From Clostridiaceae bacterium (GTDB lineage Bacteria > Bacillota > Clostridia > Saccharofermentanales > DTU023): 64,000 bases of DNA. The notes beneath the pieces are model-generated. The model saw only the letters and a program-made list of their open reading frames with translations. It was not told the origin of the DNA and did no database searches. Below are positions 39,239 through 49,459 of the stretch, piece by piece (position 1 is the first letter of the stretch; the number at the start of each line of letters is the position of its first letter). Location: the NCBI GenBank assembly GCA_012838135.1, contig DUPV01000008.1, positions 276-64,275 of the forward strand. Reading direction: 5' to 3'. The translations under genes and the position numbers were made by a program.

Positions 39239-39781
39239 ATGGCTAACAGATTAGTTGAAAAATATAAAAATGAAGTTGCTCCTGCTTTGAAAGAGCAATT
39301 TAAATATACTTCAACAATGGAAATTCCGAAATTGGAAAAAATTGTATTGAACGTAGGTGTAAGTGATGCCAAAGATGATGCGAAAGCGATGGACAATGTT
39401 GTGGAAGATCTGACGGTTATTTCCGGACAAAAACCGGTCGTAACCAGAGCGAAAAAATCAGTTGCAAACTTTAAATTGCGTGCTGGAATGGAAGTCGGTT
39501 GCAAGGTAACTCTGCGTGGTGAAAGGATGTATGAGTTTTTTGATAAATTAGTCAATATTGCTTTACCCCGCACACGTGACTTTCGCGGTATTAATCCTAA
39601 TTCGTTTGATGGCAGAGGCAATTTTGCAATGGGAACAAAAGAACAATTAATCTTCCCGGAAATTAATTATGATTCAATCGATAAAATTCGCGGTATGGAT
39701 ATTGTAATTGTTACTACTGCTAAAACTGACGAAGAAGCCAAGGCTTTGTTAACGGGCTTAGGTATGCCTTATAGAAAATAG
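39239..39781 (+). CDS. rplE: 50S ribosomal protein L5
   Basis: Motifs [20 protein letters not shown] and FPEI. Confidence 0.98.
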   Translation: MANRLVEKYKNEVAPALKEQFKYTSTMEIPKLEKIVLNVGVSDAKDDAKAMDNVVEDLTVISGQKPVVTRAKKSVANFKLRAGMEVGCKVTLRGERMYEFFDKLVNIALPRTRDFRGINPNSFDGRGNFAMGTKEQLIFPEINYDSIDKIRGMDIVIVTTAKTDEEAKALLTGLGMPYRK

Positions 39782-39791
39782 GGAGGAAATA

Positions 39792-39977
39792 ATGGCTAAA
39801 AAAGCGATGAGAGAAAAAGCAAAGAGAACTGCGAAATTTTCAACACGTCAACATAACCGTTGTCAACTATGCGGTCGTCCGCGTTCATATATGCGTAAAT
39901 ATGGTATTTGTCGTTTATGTTTCCGCGAACTGGCTTATAAAGGTCAAATTCCGGGCGTACGCAAAGCCAGCTGGTAA
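39792..39977 (+). CDS. rpsN: 30S ribosomal protein S14, type Z (zinc-binding)
   Basis: 61 aa with RCQLCGRP...CRLCFRE zinc ligands; ends KASW. Confidence 0.97.
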   Translation: MAKKAMREKAKRTAKFSTRQHNRCQLCGRPRSYMRKYGICRLCFRELAYKGQIPGVRKASW

Positions 39978-39994
39978 CTGTAAAGGAGAAAAAT

Positions 39995-40390
39995 ATGCAA
40001 ATAACAGATCCAATTGCAGATATGCTTACAAGAATTCGTAATGCCGGCAGGGCCGGACATGAATCTTGTCAAATACCATCTTCAAAATTAAAACGAAATA
40101 TAGCAGAAATCCTTTTGGATGAAGGATATATCAAAGCTGTTGATTTTGCAGAAGACAACAAACAAGGTCTTTTGACCATAACTATAAAATACCATGATAG
40201 ACAACCGGTAATTTCGGGGATGAAAAGAATATCTAAACCCGGTTTGAGAGTTTACGCAAATGTAGACGAATTACCGAGTGTTTTAGGCGGACTTGGCATT
40301 GCCTTGGTTTCTACCTCTAAAGGCTTAATGACTGACAAAAAAGCTCGTCAAGCCGGTGTCGGTGGTGAGGTCATGGCATTTATTTGGTAA
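39995..40390 (+). CDS. rpsH: 30S ribosomal protein S8
   Basis: Motifs [21 protein letters not shown] and STSKG. Confidence 0.98.
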   Translation: MQITDPIADMLTRIRNAGRAGHESCQIPSSKLKRNIAEILLDEGYIKAVDFAEDNKQGLLTITIKYHDRQPVISGMKRISKPGLRVYANVDELPSVLGGLGIALVSTSKGLMTDKKARQAGVGGEVMAFIW

Positions 40391-40454
40391 AAACTCTGAA
40401 ATGGCGTTGAATAATCGATCAATGTCGCAATCTTAAGAGCAGGAGGAATAGATT

Positions 40455-40991
40455 ATGTCTAGAATAGGCAATATGCCGATAAGGGTGCCGGAAGGTGTTG
40501 AAGTATCGGTCAAAGATGGTGTAGTCACAGCAAAATGCGGTGACACAATCTTAACTCAAGTGTTGCATCCGGCAATCAATGTAGAAATTGAAAGTGATCA
40601 AGTACTTGTCAAACGTGATAACGATTCAAAAGAAAGCCGCTCTTTGCATGGCTTGATGCGTTCTTTAATCAATAACATGGTAATTGGTGTGAAAGAGGGT
40701 TTTACAAAAGTTCTTGAAATAACCGGTGTAGGTTATCGTGCTCAAATGGATGGTAGTAAATTGGTTTTAAATGTCGGTTTATCGTATCCGGTAGAAATTG
40801 AACAACCTGAAGGTATTACCCTATCAGTCGAGAACCAAAACAAGATTACAATCAAGGGTGCCGATAAACAACTTGTCGGTGAAACTGCAGCCAAGATTCG
40901 TGGAACTCGTGTACCTGATTCTTATAAAGGTAAAGGTATTAAGTACGAGAATGAAGTCTTGCGTCTCAAAGAAGGTAAGACCGGTGCATAG
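40455..40991 (+). CDS. rplF: 50S ribosomal protein L6
   Basis: Motifs MSRIG, GVGYRA and YKGKGI. Confidence 0.98.
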   Translation: MSRIGNMPIRVPEGVEVSVKDGVVTAKCGDTILTQVLHPAINVEIESDQVLVKRDNDSKESRSLHGLMRSLINNMVIGVKEGFTKVLEITGVGYRAQMDGSKLVLNVGLSYPVEIEQPEGITLSVENQNKITIKGADKQLVGETAAKIRGTRVPDSYKGKGIKYENEVLRLKEGKTGA

Positions 40992-41009
40992 TCAGGAAAG
41001 GAATAGACG

Positions 41010-41378
41010 ATGATAAAGAAAATTCAAAAGAATAAAATTCGTCAACGCAAACATGCGAGGGTACGTAAGCATATCAGCGGCACAAGTGAACGCCCTAGAC
41101 TCAGTGTGTTTAGAAGCCTTTCACATATTTACGCCCAAGTAATTGACGATATAACAGGTACAACTTTAGTTTCAGCTTCAACTCTTGATACAGAAATCAG
41201 TTCAAAAGTAAAGAACACAAGTAATTGTGAAGCTGCAAAATTGGTCGGTAAACTGGTTGCTGAAAAATCTTTAGCAAAGGATATCGAATCGGTAGTTTTT
41301 GATCGCGGCGGATATCTATACCATGGTAGAGTTGCAGCTTTGGCTGAAGGTGCCAGAGAAGCCGGCTTGAAGTTCTGA
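41010..41378 (+). CDS. rplR: 50S ribosomal protein L18
   Basis: Motifs RPRLSVFRS and [13 protein letters not shown]. Confidence 0.98.
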   Translation: MIKKIQKNKIRQRKHARVRKHISGTSERPRLSVFRSLSHIYAQVIDDITGTTLVSASTLDTEISSKVKNTSNCEAAKLVGKLVAEKSLAKDIESVVFDRGGYLYHGRVAALAEGAREAGLKF

Positions 41379-41393
41379 TAGAGGAGTTTGAAA

Positions 41394-41969
41394 ATGAGTA
41401 ATTCTAATGAACGAAATAATGATAGAATGAGTAATAAGCCTCAAGATGGTGAACGTAGAGAACGTCGCGGTCGTCGTCCCAGACAACGCCGTGAAGATGA
41501 CGGCTTAAAAGATAGAGTAATTCATATCGGACGTGTTGCAAAAACTGTTAAAGGCGGACGCAATATCCGATTTACAGCAATTGTAATAGTTGGTGACGGT
41601 GAAGGCAGAGTCGGTAAAGGGATGGGAAAAGCGGCAGAGATACCTGACGCAATCCGCAAAGGCAGAGATGAAGCCAAACGCAGCATGATAAAAGTTTCTT
41701 TGGCTGAAAACACCATTCCGCATGAAATTATCGGTAAATATGGTGCAGCTACAGTTATTCTCAAGCCGGCAGCGGAAGGTGCCGGAGTTATAGCCGGCGG
41801 ACCGGTTCGTGCAATTTGCGAATTAGCAGGCATACAGGACATTAAAACAAAATCGTTAGGTTCAAATAATCCTAATAATGTTGTTAATGCGACGATGAAC
41901 GGTTTAAAATCTTTATTATCTCCTCAGATCGTTGCTAAAAAACGTGGCTTATCTATAAACGAAATTTAG
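41394..41969 (+). CDS. rpsE: 30S ribosomal protein S5
   Basis: Motifs [16 protein letters not shown] and KSLGS. Start at ATG 41394 by RBS GAGGAG. Confidence 0.97.
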   Translation: MSNSNERNNDRMSNKPQDGERRERRGRRPRQRREDDGLKDRVIHIGRVAKTVKGGRNIRFTAIVIVGDGEGRVGKGMGKAAEIPDAIRKGRDEAKRSMIKVSLAENTIPHEIIGKYGAATVILKPAAEGAGVIAGGPVRAICELAGIQDIKTKSLGSNNPNNVVNATMNGLKSLLSPQIVAKKRGLSINEI

Positions 41970-41983
41970 TTTGGAGGCTTCTA

Positions 41984-42163
41984 ATGAGCAAATTACAAAT
42001 TACTTTAAAAAGAAGTTTGGCAGGTTGCAATAAAAAACAACTTGCAACTTTGCAAGCGATTGGTTTGTCAAAGATCGGCCAAACAGTTGAAAAGGAAGAT
42101 AATGCTCCAACTAAAGGAATGCTTCATTTAATTGAACATCTGGTTGAAGTAGAACAAGCGTAG
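41984..42163 (+). CDS. rpmD: 50S ribosomal protein L30
   Basis: Manual translation MSKLQITLKRSLAGCNKKQLATLQAIGLSKIGQTV...HLVEVEQA (59 aa); RBS GGAGG; lies between rpsE and rplO. Confidence 0.95.
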   Translation: MSKLQITLKRSLAGCNKKQLATLQAIGLSKIGQTVEKEDNAPTKGMLHLIEHLVEVEQA

Positions 42164-42172
42164 GAGGCAATA

Positions 42173-42622
42173 ATGGAATTGAACAAAATTAGATCAGCCC
42201 CGGGCGCTACTAGAAAACGTTCACGAGTTGGTCGTGGACATGGCAGTGGCAGCGGCAAGACTTCAGGTCGGGGTCACAAAGGACAAAATTCCCGTTCAGG
42301 TGGCGGAGTCAGACCACAGTTTGAAGGCGGACAAATGCCTTTATACAGACGTGTACCAAAACGTGGTTTTAACAATAAAAGATTTGCTAAACAATATCAT
42401 GAAATTAACGTTGAATCATTGAATAAATTTGAAGACGGAACCGTAGTCGATGAAAAAATGATTCATGACTCAGGTGTTTTAAAAATACCTAAAATCAATG
42501 ATGGTATTAAAATTTTGGGTCGTGGAGAATTAACTAAAAAACTTACGGTTCGTGCCAATGCTTTCACTGTTTCGGCAAAAGAAAAAATTGAGAACGCTGG
42601 TGGAACGGCAGAGGAGATTTAA
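42173..42622 (+). CDS. rplO: 50S ribosomal protein L15
   Basis: Motifs RVGRGHGSG.GKTSGRGHKGQ and FEGGQMPL. Confidence 0.98.
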   Translation: MELNKIRSAPGATRKRSRVGRGHGSGSGKTSGRGHKGQNSRSGGGVRPQFEGGQMPLYRRVPKRGFNNKRFAKQYHEINVESLNKFEDGTVVDEKMIHDSGVLKIPKINDGIKILGRGELTKKLTVRANAFTVSAKEKIENAGGTAEEI

Positions 42623-42624
42623 TC

Positions 42625-43932
42625 ATGGGTAGCATGCTTGAAACACTCCGTAATGCATTAAAAATTCAAGACTTGCGTAAGCGCTTAATCTTTACTTTAA
42701 TTGCGATGCTGATATATCGCTTGGGTACGGCAATTCCTGTACCCGGTATCAGTGTGCAGGCATTTACGGAATTCTTTAACCGTCTGGGTCAGTATGGTGG
42801 TTTTATGGAGACAATAACGGGTATTACTTTAACCGGTGAAACGGTTAGAGCGATTCCTATTTTTATTCTTGGTATACAACCCTATATTAACTCATCAATT
42901 ATTATGCAATTGTTGACTGCTGCAATTCCCGCTCTAGAAAGATTATCCAAAGAGGGTGAAGCCGGTCGCAAGAAGCTTCAAAAAATCACCAGGTTTGTTA
43001 CGGTTGGTTTAGCTTTAATTATGTCATTTGCGTACTGGTCATCAAGCAGATCTGCGGAAGCTACCGTATTACCTCCGGCAATCAATGCTTTAGTTGTTAT
43101 TTTCAGCTTTACAGCCGGTTCAGCCTTTATTATGTGGCTGGGTGAGCAGATTAATGAACGTGGAATCGGCAACGGTATCTCGATGATTATCTTTACCGGT
43201 ATTATCAGTCGTTTTCCGATGAATATTCAAGCGATCTATTTTACGTTTATGCAATGGAGTCAAAGAAATATTATTTTGGCTATTTTAGGTGTTATTTTAG
43301 TAATGATTGTATTTGTTGCAATTATTACTTTAGTAGTTTATATTCAATCCGCTGAGCGCAGAATACCTGTGCAATATGCAAAGAAAGTTATTGGCCGCAA
43401 AATGTACGGTGGACAAAGCACATATTTGCCGATTAAGGTAAATCAAAGCGGTGTTTTACCGGTAATTTTCGCAGTATCGGTTTTGATGTTACCATCAACT
43501 CTAATTTCATTATTCGGCTTTCAAGGTAAAGTAGCACAGTGGTTCTTGAACTTCTCGAGCAATCCTTTATATTATGTTCTTTACGCATTGTTTATCTTAG
43601 CCTTTACCTTTTTCTATTCATCGATTTCATTTAATCCGATAGAAATGGCGAATAATCTACAGAAAAACGGCGGCTTTATACCGGGTATCAGACCCGGCAG
43701 GCCTACATCAACATTTATCGGCAAAACATCGAAACGTTTGCTTTGGTTTGAAGCTTTATTTTTAGTATTTATAGTTTTATTCCCGAGCTTACTAAGTTTA
43801 TTGACTAATTCAATGCAGAACATTTGGTTCGGCGGAACTTCGGTCTTGATTGTAGTCGGTGTTGCTATGGACATGATTACTCAATTGGAATCCCAACTTA
43901 TGATGCGTCATTACAAAGGTTTCCTCGATTAA
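42625..43932 (+). CDS. secY: Preprotein translocase subunit SecY
   Basis: Ten-TM protein; motifs LGIQPYINSSII, GIGNGIS, RRIPVQY, GFIPGIRPG and GGTSVLI. Confidence 0.98.
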   Translation: MGSMLETLRNALKIQDLRKRLIFTLIAMLIYRLGTAIPVPGISVQAFTEFFNRLGQYGGFMETITGITLTGETVRAIPIFILGIQPYINSSIIMQLLTAAIPALERLSKEGEAGRKKLQKITRFVTVGLALIMSFAYWSSSRSAEATVLPPAINALVVIFSFTAGSAFIMWLGEQINERGIGNGISMIIFTGIISRFPMNIQAIYFTFMQWSQRNIILAILGVILVMIVFVAIITLVVYIQSAERRIPVQYAKKVIGRKMYGGQSTYLPIKVNQSGVLPVIFAVSVLMLPSTLISLFGFQGKVAQWFLNFSSNPLYYVLYALFILAFTFFYSSISFNPIEMANNLQKNGGFIPGIRPGRPTSTFIGKTSKRLLWFEALFLVFIVLFPSLLSLLTNSMQNIWFGGTSVLIVVGVAMDMITQLESQLMMRHYKGFLD

Positions 43933-43948
43933 TTAAAACAAAATTCTC

Positions 43949-43982
43949 AAAGGCGGTCAGCTAAAGAACCGTCTTTTAATTT
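43949..43982 (+). terminator. Possible intrinsic terminator or hairpin after secY
   Basis: AAAGGCGGT, 10-nt loop, ACCGTCTTT, followed by a short T-rich tail. Confidence 0.4.
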
Positions 43983-43998
43983 CTGAAAGGAGTTACGT

Positions 43999-44646
43999 AT
44001 GCAACTTATCATCTTTGGAGCGCCGGGTGCAGGCAAAGGCACTATGGCTCAAAACATTCAGAAGTATAAACAGTTTTCACACATTTCAACCGGTGATTTA
44101 TTTCGCAGACACATTAAAGAAAAAACGGATTTAGGTAAACTGGCAACCGATTATATTGAAAAAGGTTTGTTGGTACCAGATGAAGTTACCGAAAAATTGA
44201 TTCGTCATGAATTAGACATGATCAGAAGTGATTTTATTCTCGATGGTTTTCCGCGTAATATTCCACAAGCAGAAGCACTTGACAGAATTTTACAAGATTT
44301 TGATATTAAGCTGACAGCTTGTGTTCATTTAGAAATTGATCCTGAAATCGTAATTGAACGCTTGGTCAATAGAATGAGCTGCCAGGATTGTGGAGCACCT
44401 TACAATCTGGTTATCAAAAAACCTAAAGTTGAAAATGTATGCGATGAATGTGGTGGGAAATTAACTCAAAGAGCAGATGACAATGAAGAAACAATTAGAC
44501 ACAGATTTGAAACATATCGTGCCGAAACGGAACCGCTGGCTCGTTATTACGAAAACAAAGGCTTATTGATGACAGTCAACTGCAATGAAGGAATTTTGAC
44601 AAAACTTGATCAAGTTTGGGAAGATTTAGCAGCTCTTGAAGGCTAA
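43999..44646 (+). CDS. adk: Adenylate kinase (zinc-lid type)
   Basis: Motifs GAPGAGKGT, HISTGD and LDGFPR; lid CQDC...CDEC. Confidence 0.98.
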   Translation: MQLIIFGAPGAGKGTMAQNIQKYKQFSHISTGDLFRRHIKEKTDLGKLATDYIEKGLLVPDEVTEKLIRHELDMIRSDFILDGFPRNIPQAEALDRILQDFDIKLTACVHLEIDPEIVIERLVNRMSCQDCGAPYNLVIKKPKVENVCDECGGKLTQRADDNEETIRHRFETYRAETEPLARYYENKGLLMTVNCNEGILTKLDQVWEDLAALEG

Positions 44647-44682
44647 AAGCAAGATTTTTGAAAGTGAAGATCAATATAAAGA

Positions 44683-44764
44683 TACCAATTCATGCATTTT
44701 CCAAGTCCGCAGCGAATCATCAAGCTTGACTCAGTAAGCCAGGACTGAAAATCATGAATTGGTA
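44683..44764 (-). repeat. 82-bp imperfect palindromic interspersed repeat, copy B
   Basis: Inverted homolog of 32685-32766; perfect 13-bp terminal inverted repeat ATACCAATTCATG/CATGAATTGGTAT. Confidence 0.85.
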
Positions 44765-44849
44765 TTACGGATTATTAATATCTAAATTTATGAATTTATT
44801 TAAACTTATTAACTTAGCATCTATATAGTTGAGTAGAAAGAGATCATTG

Positions 44850-45665
44850 ATGATCATCTTAAAAACTGAACAAGAAATTGCAATAATCAGAGAAGCTTGT
44901 CGCATAACAGCTTCGGTTTTTACAGCGATAAAACCTGAAATCAAAGCAGGAATTTCCACATATGAGTTGGATCAAATTGTATATAATACGATTGTTTCAC
45001 AAAATGCAATTCCTGCTTTTTTGAATTATGGAGATCCGCCTTTTCCCGGCTCAGCCTGTATTTCGATTAATGAGGAAGTAGTACATGGTATTCCGAGCAA
45101 GAATCGATGCCTAAAATACGGGGATATTGTTTCGATTGATGTCGGTGCTGAATATAACGGTTATTTCGGGGATGCTTGCCGAACTTTTTCGGTCGGAGAT
45201 GTAAATCCCCGGTGGAAAAAACTGGTCGAAGTAACCGAACAGTCATTTTGGCAAGGGATTAAACAGGTTAAAAAAGGGAATCGCTTGGGTGATATAGGTC
45301 ATGCTGTACAAACTCATTGCGAAAATCACGGTTTTGGTGTGATTAGAGATTTAACCGGACATGGAATCGGTGCAAATTTGCATGAAGATCCGAATTTATT
45401 GAATTACGGACGTGCCGGCAGAGGAATTAGACTTGAAGTCGGTATGGTCATGTGTTTGGAGCCGATGATTACCGAAGGCAGTTTTCATATCCAAATTATG
45501 CCTGATCAATGGACGATCGTTACGGCAGATGGAAAAGCGGCAGCTCATTATGAGAATACATTTGCAATTACACAAGAAGGTGTTGAAATATTGACTCTGA
45601 CCGCAAGTGAACGTAAACAATATGCCGAAGAACTGACTCAAATTGAAAATCGTGCTTGGGCATAA
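44850..45665 (+). CDS. map: Methionine aminopeptidase type I
   Basis: Motifs SINEEVVHGIP, SIDVG, GHGIG...HEDP, CLEPM and AAHYENT. Start uncertain (TTG 44829 or ATG 44850). Confidence 0.97.
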   Translation: MIILKTEQEIAIIREACRITASVFTAIKPEIKAGISTYELDQIVYNTIVSQNAIPAFLNYGDPPFPGSACISINEEVVHGIPSKNRCLKYGDIVSIDVGAEYNGYFGDACRTFSVGDVNPRWKKLVEVTEQSFWQGIKQVKKGNRLGDIGHAVQTHCENHGFGVIRDLTGHGIGANLHEDPNLLNYGRAGRGIRLEVGMVMCLEPMITEGSFHIQIMPDQWTIVTADGKAAAHYENTFAITQEGVEILTLTASERKQYAEELTQIENRAWA

Positions 45666-45765
45666 AGATATTGTGAGAGACGGTACTTGCAATGTTTTTC
45701 GGCAAATTATAAGATGTCTAATACAAAACTAATTATTTGATATTAATAAAAAAGGAGAGCAATTA

Positions 45766-45984
45766 ATGCCGAAAGAAGATCTTATTGAAACCAAGGGTGT
45801 AGTAGTAGAAGCTTTACCTAATACATTGTTTAGAGTCAGACTGGAAAATGGCCATGAAGTAATAGCTCATCTTTCCGGTAAATTGCGTCAACATTATATT
45901 AAAATCTTACAAGGTGACCAGGTAACTTTAGAATTGACACCCTACGATCTGACTAAAGGCAGAATTACTTGGCGCGGAAAATAA
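45766..45984 (+). CDS. infA: Translation initiation factor IF-1
   Basis: Motifs EALPN, HLSGK and [11 protein letters not shown]. Confidence 0.98.
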   Translation: MPKEDLIETKGVVVEALPNTLFRVRLENGHEVIAHLSGKLRQHYIKILQGDQVTLELTPYDLTKGRITWRGK

Positions 45985-46118
45985 ATTAATCGCAATAGAA
46001 TAAAAGTGACAATTTTGCAACTTGTACTAAAAAATCGTAGCAAAAGGTTGTTTGTCACTGGTGAAGTTTTAGATTTTGAGACCTACAACAACTTACGTAA
46101 TTTTATTTTTTATTTCAC

Positions 46119-46146
46119 TTGATTTTTTTTGTAGGTTTGGTAAAAT
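46119..46146 (+). promoter_or_regulatory. Possible internal promoter upstream of rpmJ
   Basis: TTGATT, 16-nt spacer, TAAAAT with an extended -10 TG. Confidence 0.4.
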
Positions 46147-46200
46147 ATTTTGGCGTCGCCTTAAAAGGGCAATTTTTTGTTGCTAAAAGGGAGTGAAAAA

Positions 46201-46314
46201 ATGAAAGTTAGACCATCGGTAAAACCGATCTGTGAAAAATGCAGAGTAATTAAACGCAGAGGCAGAGTAATGGTCATTTGCTCTGATCCGAGACACAAAC
46301 AAAGACAGGGATAA
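46201..46314 (+). CDS. rpmJ: 50S ribosomal protein L36 (zinc-binding form)
   Basis: Manual translation [37 protein letters not shown]. Confidence 0.98.
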   Translation: MKVRPSVKPICEKCRVIKRRGRVMVICSDPRHKQRQG

Positions 46315-46462
46315 TCAAATTTAGCACTTGATTATTGTTGAGGACACGCCAAAAGGATGCGGCTGCATCAATCTTATAACCGAGGATTGTTGTTTCCTTC
46401 AAACGTGTTTTTCAAATTTATTTTTTACAATTTAAAACACTAAAATTGATGGAGGTGCATTA

Positions 46463-46831
46463 ATGGCACGTATTGCAGGGGTAGATATCCCTAATGAAAA
46501 ACGTGTGGAAATCGGACTCACCTATATATACGGTGTAGGCAGAACAACCGCTACTGAAGTACTTAAAAAATGCGGTATAAATCCGGACACACGTGTTAAA
46601 GATTTAACAGAAACAGAAATTACTCAAATCCGTGATGTTCTGGAAGAGGACTATACAATAGAAGGTGATTTGCGTCGTGAAATTGCAATGAATATCAAAC
46701 GTTTGACTGATATCGGTTGCTATCGCGGTCGCCGTCACCGTGCCGGACTTCCCGTTCGCGGTCAGCGAACAAAAACCAATGCCAGAACCCGCAAGGGAAC
46801 TAAGAGAAGATCATCGTCAGGCAGACGTTAA
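46463..46831 (+). CDS. rpsM: 30S ribosomal protein S13
   Basis: Motifs [14 protein letters not shown] and [13 protein letters not shown]. Confidence 0.98.
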   Translation: MARIAGVDIPNEKRVEIGLTYIYGVGRTTATEVLKKCGINPDTRVKDLTETEITQIRDVLEEDYTIEGDLRREIAMNIKRLTDIGCYRGRRHRAGLPVRGQRTKTNARTRKGTKRRSSSGRR

Positions 46832-46845
46832 TAGGGGGGTATATC

Positions 46846-47241
46846 ATGGCAAAAACTAAAAGAAAAGCACGTGTAAGACGTCGTGTTCGTAAGAATGTTG
46901 CTAATGGACAAGCACATATTCATTCTTCCTTTAATAATACAATTGTTACAATTACCGATCTACAAGGCAATGTAATTTCCTGGTCCAGTGCCGGATCTCA
47001 AGGCATGCGCGGTTCTCGTAAAGGAACACCGTTCGCTGCACAACTGGCTTCCGAAACTGCAGCAAAAGCTGCCATTGACCAAGGCATGCAAACTGTAGAA
47101 GTATATGTAAAAGGACCGGGTTCAGGTCGTGAGTCTGCAATCAGAGCTCTTGATACAGCCGGTCTGGAAGTAGTCTTAATCAAAGATGTGACACCGATTC
47201 CACATAATGGTTGCAGACCACCGAAAAGAAGAAGAATTTAA
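46846..47241 (+). CDS. rpsK: 30S ribosomal protein S11
   Basis: Motifs [15 protein letters not shown] and [14 protein letters not shown]. Confidence 0.98.
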   Translation: MAKTKRKARVRRRVRKNVANGQAHIHSSFNNTIVTITDLQGNVISWSSAGSQGMRGSRKGTPFAAQLASETAAKAAIDQGMQTVEVYVKGPGSGRESAIRALDTAGLEVVLIKDVTPIPHNGCRPPKRRRI

Positions 47242-47253
47242 AGGAGGATCAAG

Positions 47254-47835
47254 ATGGCTAGAGATATGTCACCAATTCTGAAACGTTGTCGCACTTTAGG
47301 CATTGAGCCTCAAGTAATGGGGATTAATAAAAAATCAAAACGTAATCCTCAAAAATCACGTCGTAAAGACAGTGAATACGGACGTCAATTACGTGAAAAA
47401 CAAAAAGTTAAATTTATATACGGTGTTTTGGAAAAACAATTCAAAAACACATTTGTCAAAGCATCTCGAATGTCAGGTGTTACCGGCGAAAACCTGTTGC
47501 AATTATTAGAATTACGCATGGATAATGTTATTTTTCGCTTGCGCTTGGCTGATACGAGAGCTCAAGCCAGACAATATGTCTCTCATTCACATTTCTTGGT
47601 AAATGGCAGAAGACTCAATGTTCCGTCAGCCACTTTACGTGTCGGTGATGTGATTACGATGAAAGCCAGTTCAAAGAAATTGGAACCTTTCAAAGATTTG
47701 GCAGAAGCAGTCGTTCCGGAGTGGTTATCCATGAACTGGGATACCTTGGAAGCTAAAGTTGTCGGACTTCCTAAACGTGAAGATATTGATTTCGACGTAG
47801 AAGAAACCTTAATTGTTGAGCTGTACTCCAGATAA
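47254..47835 (+). CDS. rpsD: 30S ribosomal protein S4
   Basis: Motifs [26 protein letters not shown] and IVELYSR. Confidence 0.97.
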   Translation: MARDMSPILKRCRTLGIEPQVMGINKKSKRNPQKSRRKDSEYGRQLREKQKVKFIYGVLEKQFKNTFVKASRMSGVTGENLLQLLELRMDNVIFRLRLADTRAQARQYVSHSHFLVNGRRLNVPSATLRVGDVITMKASSKKLEPFKDLAEAVVPEWLSMNWDTLEAKVVGLPKREDIDFDVEETLIVELYSR

Positions 47836-47887
47836 TCAGATTTTCTGCAATAACAATTGAGATTTTATGTGCTTTAAGGAGGCCTTA

Positions 47888-48841
47888 ATGTTAGAAATAG
47901 GACAACCAATTATTGAATGTGTTGAAAAGAACGAGAATAATTCGTATGGAAAATATACTGTCGAGCCTCTGGAACGCGGTTATGGTACAACAATCGGTAA
48001 TGCTTTGCGTAGAGTGCTCCTCTCATCATTACCGGGATATGCGGTTACAGCTATTCGTGTAGAAAATGTATATCATGAGTTCTCGACAATTCCGGGCGTA
48101 ATTGAAGACATGACGGAAATTATTTTAAATATAAAAGAATTGAGAACAAAATTACATACAGAAGGTCCAAAAACTGTCTATATCAGTACGGAAGAAGGAT
48201 TTGTCGGTGAAATTACTGCCAATGATATCGTGCGCGATGATGAAGTTGAAATTTTGAATCCTGATTTGGTTATTGCGACCTTAAATGGCGACGGACGCCT
48301 ACTGATGGAATTAACGATTGATCAGGGAGTTGGCTACCGTAATGCTGAACGCAATAAATTACCCAATCAGCCAATCGGTGTAATCCCGGTGGATTCAATT
48401 TTCAATCCTGTTCGCAAGGTCAATTATCGTGTTGATGATACTCGTATCGGTCAAATTACCGATTATGATAAATTAACCCTTGAAATTTGGACCGATGGGA
48501 CAATAGATACGGAAGATGCATTACATGCGGGTGCTCAACACTTAATACAACATTTGGCCCTCTTCTGTGATTTGGAAACCGAATTGGAAGAAGTTATTGA
48601 AGAAGAGGAAGAAATTGTTGAAGAACAAAACCTGGTATATGAAATTATGATTGAAGACCTGGATTTTTCTGTCAGAACATATAATTGTCTCAAACGTGCA
48701 GGTGTGAATACAGTCGGTGAATTAGTTGCCAAAACTGAATCGGATATGATGAAAATCCGCAATCTGGGCAAAAAATCACTGGAAGAGATCGTGATCAAAT
48801 TAGAGGAAATGGATTTATCACTTGCTGATGAAGAGGTTTAA
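47888..48841 (+). CDS. rpoA: RNA polymerase alpha subunit
   Basis: Motifs [31 protein letters not shown] and [12 protein letters not shown]. Start at ATG 47888 by RBS AGGAGG. Confidence 0.98.
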   Translation: MLEIGQPIIECVEKNENNSYGKYTVEPLERGYGTTIGNALRRVLLSSLPGYAVTAIRVENVYHEFSTIPGVIEDMTEIILNIKELRTKLHTEGPKTVYISTEEGFVGEITANDIVRDDEVEILNPDLVIATLNGDGRLLMELTIDQGVGYRNAERNKLPNQPIGVIPVDSIFNPVRKVNYRVDDTRIGQITDYDKLTLEIWTDGTIDTEDALHAGAQHLIQHLALFCDLETELEEVIEEEEEIVEEQNLVYEIMIEDLDFSVRTYNCLKRAGVNTVGELVAKTESDMMKIRNLGKKSLEEIVIKLEEMDLSLADEEV

Positions 48842-48853
48842 TGGAGGAATATA

Positions 48854-49378
48854 ATGGCTAAAAATAGAAAACTCGGTCGTACATCGGCTGTTCGCCGCTC
48901 CATGTTAAAGGGTTTGGTAACCGCTTTAATAGTAAACGGTAAAATCAAAACTACTGCGACGAGAGCTGCCGAAGTACAACGCAAAGCAGAAAAAATGATC
49001 ACCTTGGCGATCAAAGAGAAAGATAATTTTGATACGGCAGAAAAAGAAGTATCAAGGGCAAAACTGGATAGTAAAGGCCGCAAGTTGTTAAAAAAGGCGA
49101 CTTCGAAAAATGATAATGTATACGACGTTGTTGAGCGTGAAATGGATGTTAAAATGGTTCAGGTGGACCATCCTTCACGTTTACAAGCCAGACGCAAATT
49201 AATTTCAGAGATGAATGAATTTCATACTGCCGAGGGCAAACGGGTTAATACGGTAAATTATTTATTCAATGAAGTGGCACCGCGCTACATTGATCGCAAA
49301 GGCGGTTACAGCAGAATTATCAAGATTGGTCCTCGCCGGGGCGATGCAGCGGAAATGGTTATTTTAGAATTGTTGTGA
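48854..49378 (+). CDS. rplQ: 50S ribosomal protein L17 (with internal insertion)
   Basis: Motifs RKLGRTS, IKTT and [21 protein letters not shown]. Confidence 0.97.
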   Translation: MAKNRKLGRTSAVRRSMLKGLVTALIVNGKIKTTATRAAEVQRKAEKMITLAIKEKDNFDTAEKEVSRAKLDSKGRKLLKKATSKNDNVYDVVEREMDVKMVQVDHPSRLQARRKLISEMNEFHTAEGKRVNTVNYLFNEVAPRYIDRKGGYSRIIKIGPRRGDAAEMVILELL

Positions 49379-49418
49379 TAATAGAGTTAACAATTGTTCT
49401 AAGTGCAAATGTAATTTT

Positions 49419-49446
49419 AAGGCATCCCTATGCGGATGCCTTTCTT
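49419..49446 (+). terminator. Intrinsic terminator of the alpha operon
   Basis: AAGGCATCC-CTATGC-GGATGCCTT followed by TCTT, 40 nt after the rplQ stop. Confidence 0.7.
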
Positions 49447-49459
49447 AAAGGAGCAGATA

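Noticed and set aside
46006-46058. Imperfect inverted repeat GTGACAA…TTGTCAC between infA and rpmJ
   Set aside because: Not homologous to the 82-bp repeat and no U-tail; compatible with an ordinary intergenic hairpin.
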